The notes beneath the pieces are model-generated. The model was not told the DNA's origin, did no database searches, and saw only the letters and a list, made by a program, of their open reading frames with translations. From Candidatus Berkelbacteria bacterium (GTDB lineage Bacteria; Patescibacteriota; UBA1384; DTJR01): a stretch of DNA of 64,000 bases. The DNA lies in the NCBI GenBank assembly GCA_026397175.1, contig JAPLVK010000022.1, positions 5,689 to 69,688 of the forward strand. The letters are read 5' to 3'. The translations under genes and the position numbers were made by a program. Below are positions 29,138 to 37,851 of this stretch, piece after piece (position 1 is the stretch's first letter; every line of letters begins with the position of its first letter).

Positions 29138-30622
29138 TTACTTTCCCGGGGCAAAGACGATGCCGTTAAACTTTGTGCAAGTTGGGGTAAATTTGACTTT
29201 TCCGCCATTGATGACAATTAAACCGAGATAATCGTTGTCAGTAAAACCCGTGTCCGTGGTTAAAATATTGACAATCCCGTTCGATTTTCCGTTAAAATCA
29301 ACAATTACCGTGCCCTTGCCGTAAATCGGACCATTAATATTGATTGTTTCATTATCTCCCGTAGCTTTATAATACCACACCCGTCCATTCGGCCAGAAGC
29401 TCGACTTTATGTTTTCGTGGATTTTACAATTTGCGTTATCTAAATATAAAGCACCCTTCAGCTGGCCGGTTGCAGTTATATTGCAGGTATTATCCGGCAA
29501 CACACCACTTGCATTTGGCATAAATCGTTGAATATTATCATACATAGTTTTGTTTTTGTCCTTGTTGCTATCATCCCAATAAATCACCGAATTTTTGTCG
29601 AACTGATAATTATAAAGCGCGGTAGCAGCATTGAGCTTATTGTTCGGGTCATACGCACCTTGTGTGGTGGCTTGGGACCTGGAGCCAAAATCAAGGGCAG
29701 TCGAAGATGTATTTCCCCCGCTAAATAAGTTGCCGAAAAGATAAAAAGCGGGAGAATACATAAGGTAAGAAGGATCGTAGGCCAAAACATCTGAACCGGA
29801 GCTTGTCGAAATTTTTACCGGAAGCGAAAGCATGGTTCCGCCTCGACTTTTTTGGCCTAGTCCTCGCTGAAAAAGATACGAAATGCCACGGCCTAAAGTG
29901 CTGTTATCTGTCGCGCTGGCGTTTACTTTGCCGGAAAATATGCCGTTTAGATTAAGCAATTTGTCGTCGTTTTGAAATTCTAGGGCTTTAGTAGTATCGA
30001 GCGCGCCATCCTTGGAATTAATCCACGGCACGCCCTTGACCATTAAATAACTATTAGCCGTTCCCAGGGCCTGATTTTCGTCGTTTGAGTCCAGAACTAT
30101 TGTTCTCGCGCTCACAAGTCGGTTTTGTTCGGAAAAATCATAAAGCAATTTAAACTTATAGCAATAGTATGTGTCACCTTGTGCAATTTCTTGGTTATTC
30201 CAATCAACATATCCATCCGCGTTTGGAGTTACAACTTGGTCAACAAGACGATCAGCATCCGAAAGTTTACAATCATCCTTACGCGAAGGGTTGGAGCCGA
30301 AGTTATCATAAACTGGCAAAAAATCCCTGATTTTGGCATTTACGCTTGCTGCATTGTTTGAAGTTACTTTGATCCGCGCGACTACCGTATCGCCTGTTTC
30401 AAAAGTTGAGGTCTCGTTGCCATTTAGGAAAAATTTCTTTTCAACCAAAACAGAAGTGGTACGATTGGAAAGTATTTTTTTGATTATAGATATTATCGGC
30501 CCCGCAGGAGGCATAGCAAAAGCCCGACTTGAAGTTACAAGTAACGCGCAAAAAATAAGCAAAATAAAAAAAACATTTTTTGTCTTAAACTTACTTAAAA
30601 AAAAATTCTTTACTTTCGCCAT
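29138..30622 (-). CDS. Secreted hypothetical protein
   Basis: The start was taken at MAKVKNFF... with signal peptide ...FILLIFCALLVTSSRAFA. The ORF-track N-terminal extension overlaps the upstream gene. Stop and next ATG overlap as TAATG. Confidence 0.45.
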   Translation of the reverse strand: MAKVKNFFLSKFKTKNVFFILLIFCALLVTSSRAFAMPPAGPIISIIKKILSNRTTSVLVEKKFFLNGNETSTFETGDTVVARIKVTSNNAASVNAKIRDFLPVYDNFGSNPSRKDDCKLSDADRLVDQVVTPNADGYVDWNNQEIAQGDTYYCYKFKLLYDFSEQNRLVSARTIVLDSNDENQALGTANSYLMVKGVPWINSKDGALDTTKALEFQNDDKLLNLNGIFSGKVNASATDNSTLGRGISYLFQRGLGQKSRGGTMLSLPVKISTSSGSDVLAYDPSYLMYSPAFYLFGNLFSGGNTSSTALDFGSRSQATTQGAYDPNNKLNAATALYNYQFDKNSVIYWDDSNKDKNKTMYDNIQRFMPNASGVLPDNTCNITATGQLKGALYLDNANCKIHENIKSSFWPNGRVWYYKATGDNETININGPIYGKGTVIVDFNGKSNGIVNILTTDTGFTDNDYLGLIVINGGKVKFTPTCTKFNGIVFAPGK

Positions 30623-30644
30623 CTTTTGTCTAATTTCCCTGTAT

Positions 30645-30923
30645 TCATTTTCCCGCTGCTGGATTGAAGCCGGTCTCAAAGTGATAATCGTTTTGCCCAT
30701 GCAGAATTGCCGAGGCCTGCGCGCGGGCGCGAACGGACTGGATGCTAGATGGAGGTAACTTGCCTGCAATTCGATAAAATGCTTTTGCTTTCTTATAACG
30801 CTCGACATAAACTGCGATCTTATTTTGAGGCAAAAACAATTTTACCGCGACCAAACCAACCACCACTCCCAGCACCAAACCCAATAACAATGTATAAATT
30901 TTTATTTTCTTCTTGTGTCTCAT
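30645..30923 (-). CDS. Small membrane protein
   Basis: Transmembrane helix YTLLLGLVLGVVVGLVAV; operon context. Confidence 0.35.
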   Translation of the reverse strand: MRHKKKIKIYTLLLGLVLGVVVGLVAVKLFLPQNKIAVYVERYKKAKAFYRIAGKLPPSSIQSVRARAQASAILHGQNDYHFETGFNPAAGK

Positions 30924-30930
30924 GTCTCAT

Positions 30931-31377
30931 TTAATGCACAATGCCGTCTACATGCCATTTGGTAACAGTAGCATTTTCCGCTGGGTTTACCCGACAATTT
31001 TCTGGCAAACCGTTAACAAACACAACGCCATCCCTACCGTAGCTGGTTATATAATCAGTCGTTCCGCCATTCTGCTCTTCGATGTTTTGGGCTGAAGAAA
31101 TTCTACCAAAAGTACCTGCGACACGCGGACCGGTGAAGTCAATCCAACCGCCAGGTTGTGCACAACGAGATACACCTAAAACTTCCGTTGCCGTCCAATC
31201 CTCGGCAAAACATCCGGTACCTCCGGCCGCATCCGAACATGTACCAACATCTGTCGCTTTGGCTTCTTTTGCCCCTTTATTTCCTTTTGAGATGCCGACT
31301 CCGGTCCAGACCACGGCAGCTATTATTGCAAGAACTGCCCCAATACCGATTCCAACATAAAAACTTTTTTTCTTCAC
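30931..31377 (-). CDS. Membrane-anchored hypothetical protein
   Basis: N-terminal transmembrane helix plus a Cys-containing extracellular domain. Confidence 0.4.
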   Translation of the reverse strand: MKKKSFYVGIGIGAVLAIIAAVVWTGVGISKGNKGAKEAKATDVGTCSDAAGGTGCFAEDWTATEVLGVSRCAQPGGWIDFTGPRVAGTFGRISSAQNIEEQNGGTTDYITSYGRDGVVFVNGLPENCRVNPAENATVTKWHVDGIVH

Positions 31378-31443
31378 TCTCTCCTCCTTTTTTCCGCAAC
31401 CAGCGGAATTAATTTATAATTTATGCATACACATCTTAATGAT

Positions 31444-31923
31444 CTATGGCGTCAGATTAAAAGAATAAGTAAAGGTATTTTTGCCTTTCTTGAGCTCAAT
31501 ATTCGAACCCTCCTTATTACCAACTATAGTAATTTTACCATCGGGTACAGTAAAACCCGTAATCGGTCTTGGTTCTCCGTCAGCTGGTTTAAAAGTAATT
31601 AAACCACTATCATTCAGCGCAGTAGCGGGAACAATATCTTCAATTGTGTAATCCTTTCTGGAACTACTTGGTTCATAAACCGTCAACTCAACATTTACTC
31701 TCTCCCCCGCCTCAAAAGTGGCATTTTCCTGGGTGCCTTTTAAGATTCGTTTGGTAACCAAAAGTGATCCGCTCGAAGAAGCCCCCTCTGGCAATGCCCT
31801 GGCTCTTTTTATCGGCCCTTTGCTGTAGAAGTTAAAAAAGACGCTGGCGCCAATAAAAACAATCAGTAAATACACAAAGTACTGACCGAAAAATGCCGGA
31901 AAATACCTTAATCGTTCTTTCAT
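31444..31923 (-). CDS. Membrane-anchored hypothetical protein
   Basis: N-terminal transmembrane helix, then a beta-rich domain. Confidence 0.4.
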   Translation of the reverse strand: MKERLRYFPAFFGQYFVYLLIVFIGASVFFNFYSKGPIKRARALPEGASSSGSLLVTKRILKGTQENATFEAGERVNVELTVYEPSSSRKDYTIEDIVPATALNDSGLITFKPADGEPRPITGFTVPDGKITIVGNKEGSNIELKKGKNTFTYSFNLTP

Positions 31924-31988
31924 TCCCCTCCGGAGATAAAGTTTATCTTATTTAACAATACCAAAAAATTTCAAAAATCAAAGTATTT

Positions 31989-32432
31989 TTATTCTTCCTG
32001 CTCGATTCCCCTAACAAAATCATACCATTTCTGCGGGTTTGATTTATGGATTTGAATTGAAGGATTTTGGTTGACCGGCGCAAAAACATCGGGAATCGTT
32101 TCTGCCGAGGGTTCTACTTTAACAGAAACAACCTTCTCGCCAGGCATTTTGAATCCAAGTTTTTTTCGCGCCTCAAGTTCCTGAAAAGCCCCGGTCTGAT
32201 AATACGCAATCAGTGTTTCTAGCCGCGCTTTATCCTGATTTACCTGTTTTAAATCATTTTTTAAAGAATGAATTTTCTGATTGGTTTGATAATTTATTGA
32301 AATCGCTTGGTAAAGAAGAAAAATTGCGTAGGCAATAACCAATAAAATTATAATGGATAGATAATTAAAGCCCGGTTTCCCCGCTGTGTCATTATTTGAT
32401 TCAGAATTAATTTGAGAATTATCCACGAACAA
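31989..32432 (-). CDS. FtsB/DivIC-like septum-formation-initiator family protein
   Basis: Transmembrane helix plus coiled coil, then QELEARKKLGFKMPGEKVV (the FtsB C-terminal signature). Confidence 0.5.
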   Translation of the reverse strand: MFVDNSQINSESNNDTAGKPGFNYLSIIILLVIAYAIFLLYQAISINYQTNQKIHSLKNDLKQVNQDKARLETLIAYYQTGAFQELEARKKLGFKMPGEKVVSVKVEPSAETIPDVFAPVNQNPSIQIHKSNPQKWYDFVRGIEQEE

Positions 32433-32460
32433 ATTATACCAAAATTAGCGCAGGTTAAAT

Positions 32461-34221
32461 CTACCAACGGGTTTCGCGTTTTGGAGAGTCGTCTTTTTCA
32501 GCTATTTTTGACAATTCGTCATTTGTCTTAGGACTTTTATCTTTAATATTTTTTTCAAGAACAGAAAAGGAATTTTCTTTAGGCAGATCGTCCCCTAAAC
32601 GGCTACTTCCCTTAGTCGAGTTTGAAGCCACAACCCACTCATAGCCATAGTAGCCGGCAGCCGCTAGCGCGCTGGCAAGAGCAACCATAGCCAAAATCAA
32701 TATCCAAACACTCCAATTGACGCCCAAATCCCTTGTGTCAGAAGATGAAGAAATCTGCCCTACTTTGGCGACTTCCTCCGGTTTTGGCTGTGCTGGCTGC
32801 GTTGGAGATGCCTGGATGTCTCGATAAATAATTTGTGGCTTAACATCTTGCGTTTGTTCGACATCGCTTGACTGTTGTTCGGTAACTACCGCTATTTTCG
32901 GCAGTGATTTTTGAGAAATTTCAAATGATGAAAGTTGAATTTTACTTACATTCAAGGCCTTATCGGTTACGGTCAAATAAACTACATGGCTTCCAATCGG
33001 CAGATTGGTCGAATCAATCTCCAGCCGCCAACTCCCTGTCCCATCCGCCGTAGTATTAAAAACAAGCGGATCAGAGAAAATCTCCAATTTAACATTGGCG
33101 TACGGTTCGGTTTCTCCGCTAAAAACAAGGGTTGTCCCTTGCTCAATTTTCCCAGACGGACTTTGCGTTACGCCCGCTTGAGGAGCAGTTGTGTCAACAG
33201 AAAAATTGATAATTTCGGAGGTCTTATTTAGCGCCAGGTCTGTTGCCGATAGCGTGAGAATGTGATCGCCATCAGCCAAATTTATTAAGTTAACAACAGT
33301 TGGGTCAAGGTTTGTGCCGTCAAGATTTATAACGACCGGACTTAAATCGGCAACGCTGTATGTTAAGGGAATCGTACTTTGATTATAGGCAAAGTCGTTT
33401 TGGGGCGAGGTAACGCTCACTTGCGGAGAGTTAGCATCAATTTGAAAATCAATAGGAATTTCTTTTTGATTGTAAATTTGGCAGTTATCTGCAAAATCAC
33501 ATATATCTACATTTTCAACGGTAATTTTAGCCGCCGCATCCAAGTCGCCTTCTTGGATAATATAATTCGATTGATAAAATATGTTTTTACCTGATCCTAT
33601 CTTATAGAAAGTTAATGCACGATCGTACAAATTGGCATTGATGGACTTAATATCTGTCGAGATTACAGCGGGCATGAAAATAATATTGACACTATCTCCA
33701 ACACCAAGGACTATTTTATTCTTAAGGGCAAGTGGTTTCTCTGCGCTAAAAGTTCCGGTTGGAGTAGCAAAGTCGGCGATAAAACTTAACGGAGCGGCAA
33801 GAATATTTTGGTATTCAGCGTCCTTCGTGGCTCTCGCTTTAATGTAAATTTTGTGTGAAACATTGTTGTCGGATACACCGTAGTCGAGCAGCGATTTTAA
33901 ATCAGCTAAACTGCTTGTTTTGGAGGAAAAATAATAGTCGGTTGTATTATCATAAATCCTTTCGTCAAAAGGCAAAGCCGTATTATCCAAAAAAGCCGCG
34001 ATATCATAGGGCTTTAGTTCGTCTGCTAGATTTAGATAAACCCTGAATCCGGTGTTTGATAAGTTTAAATAACCTTCCGGCGTTAATGATTTATTGGGCA
34101 AGGAAACAAATTGAGCCGTAGTAACACCTTCCGCTGCTTTGGCTTCAGATGGTTTTATTAAAAAACTAAAGGAGGAAAATATAATCGAAACCACAAGGAT
34201 AAGATTGAGAAGTTTTTTCAT
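32461..34221 (-). CDS. Large secreted Ig-like-domain surface protein with C-terminal transmembrane anchor
   Basis: Start taken at MKKLLNLILVVSIIF (signal peptide). Repeated beta-sandwich-like modules and a C-terminal WSVWILILAMVALASALAAAG helix. Confidence 0.45.
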   Translation of the reverse strand: MKKLLNLILVVSIIFSSFSFLIKPSEAKAAEGVTTAQFVSLPNKSLTPEGYLNLSNTGFRVYLNLADELKPYDIAAFLDNTALPFDERIYDNTTDYYFSSKTSSLADLKSLLDYGVSDNNVSHKIYIKARATKDAEYQNILAAPLSFIADFATPTGTFSAEKPLALKNKIVLGVGDSVNIIFMPAVISTDIKSINANLYDRALTFYKIGSGKNIFYQSNYIIQEGDLDAAAKITVENVDICDFADNCQIYNQKEIPIDFQIDANSPQVSVTSPQNDFAYNQSTIPLTYSVADLSPVVINLDGTNLDPTVVNLINLADGDHILTLSATDLALNKTSEIINFSVDTTAPQAGVTQSPSGKIEQGTTLVFSGETEPYANVKLEIFSDPLVFNTTADGTGSWRLEIDSTNLPIGSHVVYLTVTDKALNVSKIQLSSFEISQKSLPKIAVVTEQQSSDVEQTQDVKPQIIYRDIQASPTQPAQPKPEEVAKVGQISSSSDTRDLGVNWSVWILILAMVALASALAAAGYYGYEWVVASNSTKGSSRLGDDLPKENSFSVLEKNIKDKSPKTNDELSKIAEKDDSPKRETRW

Positions 34222-34374
34222 AAAATTGTTCTTGTTATTTGGGTTGGGGGCCAAAAAAAGCCCCGCATAAAATCACCTTTTGATTTGCGAGGCCATAGCT
34301 TGTATGCCATAGCTTTATCTTTTCGACTGTAGCAAAGAAAAATAGGTTGTCAAGAGTTCTTGGGCGATATAACA

Positions 34375-34405
34375 AAAGTCCCGGTCAATCACCGGGGCTT
34401 TTGTT
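34375..34405 (-). terminator. Terminator downstream of the CAP-domain gene
   Basis: aaaagtcccggt-caatc-accggggctttt flanked by T/A runs. Confidence 0.5.
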
Positions 34406-34479
34406 ATAAATTATCGGATATTTTTTGAGACCCTTCATCGAACCCTCCTTGTTATGTATTGATAAAATTTTGCTATATT

Positions 34480-34980
34480 TTATTCTTTACCAAACATTTG
34501 GACGAATACATTGGTACTCCTTCCTTCGAAATTACCTGTTAATTCGGCAAATCCAAAATCAGAGTAATTTTTTGAGGCAATGTTAGCTAAATGAGAAGGG
34601 CTGTTTAACCAAGCATCGAATGTTTGCTCTTGGGAATCAAAGTCAACACCCAAATTTTCTCCGGCAAATCTATAAGAGTAGTCCTCGGATAAAATAAAAT
34701 CCCAGGCCTTCTTGCCATCGGGCGAAGTATGATCAAAATATTGTTTATTTAAAATATCCTGCGCTTTATCGTCAGCGGCTTTAGCTAATTTATCGTTCCA
34801 CTTTAACTGGGATAAATGATTTTGAGTTCTATAATTATTGACTAAATTTAAAGAAATTTGATCGGAAGGGACAAGAGTGGAAGCAGAGGTCTTATCGGAG
34901 TTAATAATAATTAGACCGGATCCAAAAATTATAAAGGTGAAGACAGATGCGATGAGTACTGGTTTAAATATTTTTTTCAT
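34480..34980 (-). CDS. Secreted CAP/SCP (YkwD-like) domain protein
   Basis: Signal peptide, then YFDHTSPDG...GENLG...WLNSPSHLANI, the CAP motifs. Confidence 0.75.
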   Translation of the reverse strand: MKKIFKPVLIASVFTFIIFGSGLIIINSDKTSASTLVPSDQISLNLVNNYRTQNHLSQLKWNDKLAKAADDKAQDILNKQYFDHTSPDGKKAWDFILSEDYSYRFAGENLGVDFDSQEQTFDAWLNSPSHLANIASKNYSDFGFAELTGNFEGRSTNVFVQMFGKE

Positions 34981-35134
34981 TTTCCTCCTTGAGTCAACTC
35001 ACGATCGTATATTAACTATAAATAGTATAACATGTTATATAGGATATGTCAAGCTAGCACTGTATACCTTATTTTGTTCAATAAATTTTAGTAGCAAGCT
35101 TGCAGCTTGCAGGATTAATATTAAAACCAAAGGG

Positions 35135-35300
35135 GCTTCTTGCGAGGCAGCCCCTACGGTTTTAATGATTCCCTACCCTGCACGCTCAAAAGCATGATTT
35201 TCTTTCTGTGGAATATCCTTCCGGAATTCATCCTTGGGCAGGTTTGCCAAGGTATTCAGTTCCGGCTTTCCACGAAGCGAAAATCATCTTTTGTTAAAGG
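35135..35300 (+). repeat. Structured intergenic repeat element, copy B
   Basis: AGGGGCT-TCTTGCGAGGC-AGCCCCT hairpin, TTAATGATTCC, CCCTGCACGCT, internal hairpin ccttgggcaggtttgccaagg and GAAGCGAAAA; collinear with copy A. Confidence 0.5.
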
Positions 35301-35380
35301 AAAGGAATATTTTTTAAAAAAATCGCGTTTCGGTTTGCGAAGCGAACACGATATACCTGCCTACCGGCAGGCAGGCGCGA

Positions 35381-35455
35381 TGGTCGGCCCGGCAGGGTTC
35401 GAACCTGCGACATTTCGCTTATAAGACGAATGCTCTACCCCTGAGCTACGGGCCG
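35381..35455 (-). tRNA. tRNA-Ile(UAU)
   Basis: The reverse complement gives CGGCCCG-UA-GCUC-AGGGGUA-GAGC-A-UUCGU-CUUAUAA-GCGAA-AUGUC-GCAGG-UUCGAAC-CCUGC-CGGGCCG-A-CCA. The 7-bp acceptor is fully paired; the anticodon is UAU. Confidence 0.7.
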
Positions 35456-35563
35456 AAATAATGGGTTCGTAAAAGACGATTTTATTTTACCCCAATACCC
35501 CCTTGCTTTTCAAGTTTTTCGTTTGTATCATTAATATGTTGGAAAAAAAATTATCAAAATAAC

Positions 35564-36997
35564 TTGGTAACAAAAAAGGCCTTGGTTGACCATATTACCA
35601 GAAAAAGTTATGGATATTATTTCATAACTGTTTTTATGGTTTGTCTCATAATTTTAGCCCTGGCTTACGGATCATTTTTGTACTTTGGTCTAAACAAATC
35701 CCTGCCACGACTGCAACTATTTTCAGAAAATGTCGGATATAAAACAGAAGCGGAATTATCTAAAATAATTAATTCGATCAGTGAAAAACAACAGAACAAA
35801 ATTGTTCAAATTGAATTTGAGGGAGATCTTAAAGTCAAGAATTTTTCCGAACTCGGTATCTCTGTTGATAAAACCAAAACGGTTGACAAAGTCATGAAAT
35901 ATGGAAAAACAAAAAATATTTTTCCGAATTTTTCTTATTTTAAAAATACCCTGATTAACCCCGTTGATGTTAGTCCAAAAATATTATGGAAAATGGATGC
36001 CCAGAAGAATTTTTCTGATTTGTTTCAAGATAAAAAAACGGACTCAAAAAACCCTTCTTTAAATTTGGATGGAAATGAAATAAAGGTTGAGCCGGAACAA
36101 GAGGGATACGCTCCGGATTATGGCAAGATGATGAAAGAAGTGGAGAAATGTTTTATTTCTTCTTGTAAGGACAAGATTGTCGCCTCAAAGGTCTCAATAA
36201 AACCGAATGTTACCAAGGGCGATATCGAGCACTATATCCCCCAAATTTCCGACTTCATCGGCATTAAGTTCGTTTTTAAGACGGACTATAAAAATATCTA
36301 CCCGACAAAAGCCGATTTGCTTGGTTTGGTTGATATTGAGCGAACCGTTTTAAGCCAAAATGTTTCTTTTTCGGACCAGGCAATCTCCGACTATCTCGAT
36401 TCGGTTTCGTCAAAAATCAACACGAAGGGCTCTAAAAAAATAATTTCATCGGTTGATAATACGGTTATTTCTGAAGGAAAAGAAGCGCAAGAACTTGATA
36501 TTACAAAAAGCAAGGAAAGTGTAAAGAAGGCGCTTGAAAACCAAACAAGAACTATTGAATTGGCAGTCGTAACAAAGCCAATCGAGGAGGAAACATTTAC
36601 ACCCGGGAATAATCCCGGTAAATACCCCGGTAAATATATAGAAGTTAACCTTTCTGAACAGACCTTGTATCTGTTTGACGGTTCAACTCCTCAAGGAACT
36701 TTTAAGGTTTCAACCGGCAAATGGTCAATGCCTACCCCCGAAGGAGAATATTCGATTAACAACAAAGACCCGAGGGCCTATTCGCGAGAATACAATCTTT
36801 ATATGCCCTATTGGATGTCGTTCATCGGATCGCAATATGGCATCCACGAGCTCCCGGAATGGCCAGATGGGACAAAAGAGGGAGAGGGGCATCTAGGAAC
36901 ACCCGTTTCGCATGGTTGTATCCGTTTAGGTAGAGGTGCAGCCGAACAGGTTTATAATTGGGCTGATATTGGAACTACGGTTTTTATACACAGATAA
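35564..36997 (+). CDS. L,D-transpeptidase (YkuD) domain protein with N-terminal membrane anchor
   Basis: The C-terminus ...GTPVSHGCIRLGRGAAEQVYNW carries the catalytic His/Cys pair. TTG start as given in the ORF track; the start is uncertain. Confidence 0.75.
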   Translation: MVTKKALVDHITRKSYGYYFITVFMVCLIILALAYGSFLYFGLNKSLPRLQLFSENVGYKTEAELSKIINSISEKQQNKIVQIEFEGDLKVKNFSELGISVDKTKTVDKVMKYGKTKNIFPNFSYFKNTLINPVDVSPKILWKMDAQKNFSDLFQDKKTDSKNPSLNLDGNEIKVEPEQEGYAPDYGKMMKEVEKCFISSCKDKIVASKVSIKPNVTKGDIEHYIPQISDFIGIKFVFKTDYKNIYPTKADLLGLVDIERTVLSQNVSFSDQAISDYLDSVSSKINTKGSKKIISSVDNTVISEGKEAQELDITKSKESVKKALENQTRTIELAVVTKPIEEETFTPGNNPGKYPGKYIEVNLSEQTLYLFDGSTPQGTFKVSTGKWSMPTPEGEYSINNKDPRAYSREYNLYMPYWMSFIGSQYGIHELPEWPDGTKEGEGHLGTPVSHGCIRLGRGAAEQVYNWADIGTTVFIHR

Positions 36998-37062
36998 AAG
37001 CTAGTTTAAAGGTTAAAGTTAAAGAAAATTCTTTTGCAATCCTGAAACGGGGAAATACAAAT

Positions 37063-37809
37063 TTACTTTTTGGGGTCGGTTAGTTTAGTACTTGTTGGTT
37101 TGTGAGGTGTTGCTTTGATTGGGATTTTTTTGGACTTTTTTTCCTCTACCTTGGGCAATTTGATTTCAAGAATTCCATTTTCCATCTTGGCATCGGCACG
37201 ATCTGCATTCACATAATTTGGAAGTCCGATAATTCTTGAGAATGAACCAAAAGAACTCTCGAGATGGTAATAGTTCTCTTTTTTAATTTCCTCTTTGAGT
37301 TTTCTTTCCCCTCTTATAATTATCTTGTCGTTTTCAACCTCGAGCTCAATATCTTTTTCTTCGACACCGGGAAGATCGGCTTCGATAATGAGTTCTTTGT
37401 CTGTTTCGCGGATGCCAATCGTAGGATGAAAAACCACGGGATTTTTACTCATTAATGATGGTTCCTCGAAAAACCTATCCACTGTCTCCCTAAGAGACAT
37501 TATCTCCCTTAAAGGAGACCACGGAAGAAGATCTCTGTTCATAATATTCTCCTTTTTATTTTCTATTGAATTTTGTTCGTCGATATTTTCATCGTTGTTT
37601 TGTCTAAAAATAAATTCAACCGGCATACCAAATAATTCCGAAACCCTCAAGGCCAGAGCAACCGAAGGGACACATTTGCCCGATTCCAGTGAAATGATGG
37701 ATTGTCTTGAAATGCCAAGACGATCCGCCATTTCGCCTTGGGTGATTTCGGCAATTTCGCGGTATTTTTTAAGATGTGAGGCCAGTTCTTTTTTAACAAC
37801 CATAAGCAA
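37063..37809 (-). CDS. XRE-family HTH fused to an Hsp20/alpha-crystallin domain
   Basis: N-terminus EITQGEMADRLGISRQSIISLESGK (Cro/C1 HTH). C-terminus ...ELIIEADLPGVEEKDIELEVENDKIIIRGERK...GILEIKLPK (sHSP ACD). Confidence 0.7.
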   Translation of the reverse strand: MLMVVKKELASHLKKYREIAEITQGEMADRLGISRQSIISLESGKCVPSVALALRVSELFGMPVEFIFRQNNDENIDEQNSIENKKENIMNRDLLPWSPLREIMSLRETVDRFFEEPSLMSKNPVVFHPTIGIRETDKELIIEADLPGVEEKDIELEVENDKIIIRGERKLKEEIKKENYYHLESSFGSFSRIIGLPNYVNADRADAKMENGILEIKLPKVEEKKSKKIPIKATPHKPTSTKLTDPKK

Positions 37810-37851
37810 ATTGTAAAGTACACTTTACAATTTGTCAAGAGAGATCTCGTG

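Noticed and set aside
29023-29217. 64-aa ORF overlapping the 556-aa gene end
   Set aside because: Lys-rich translation of the A/T homopolymer region in the wrong frame; the coupled 23-codon signal-peptide ORF is the better interpretation.
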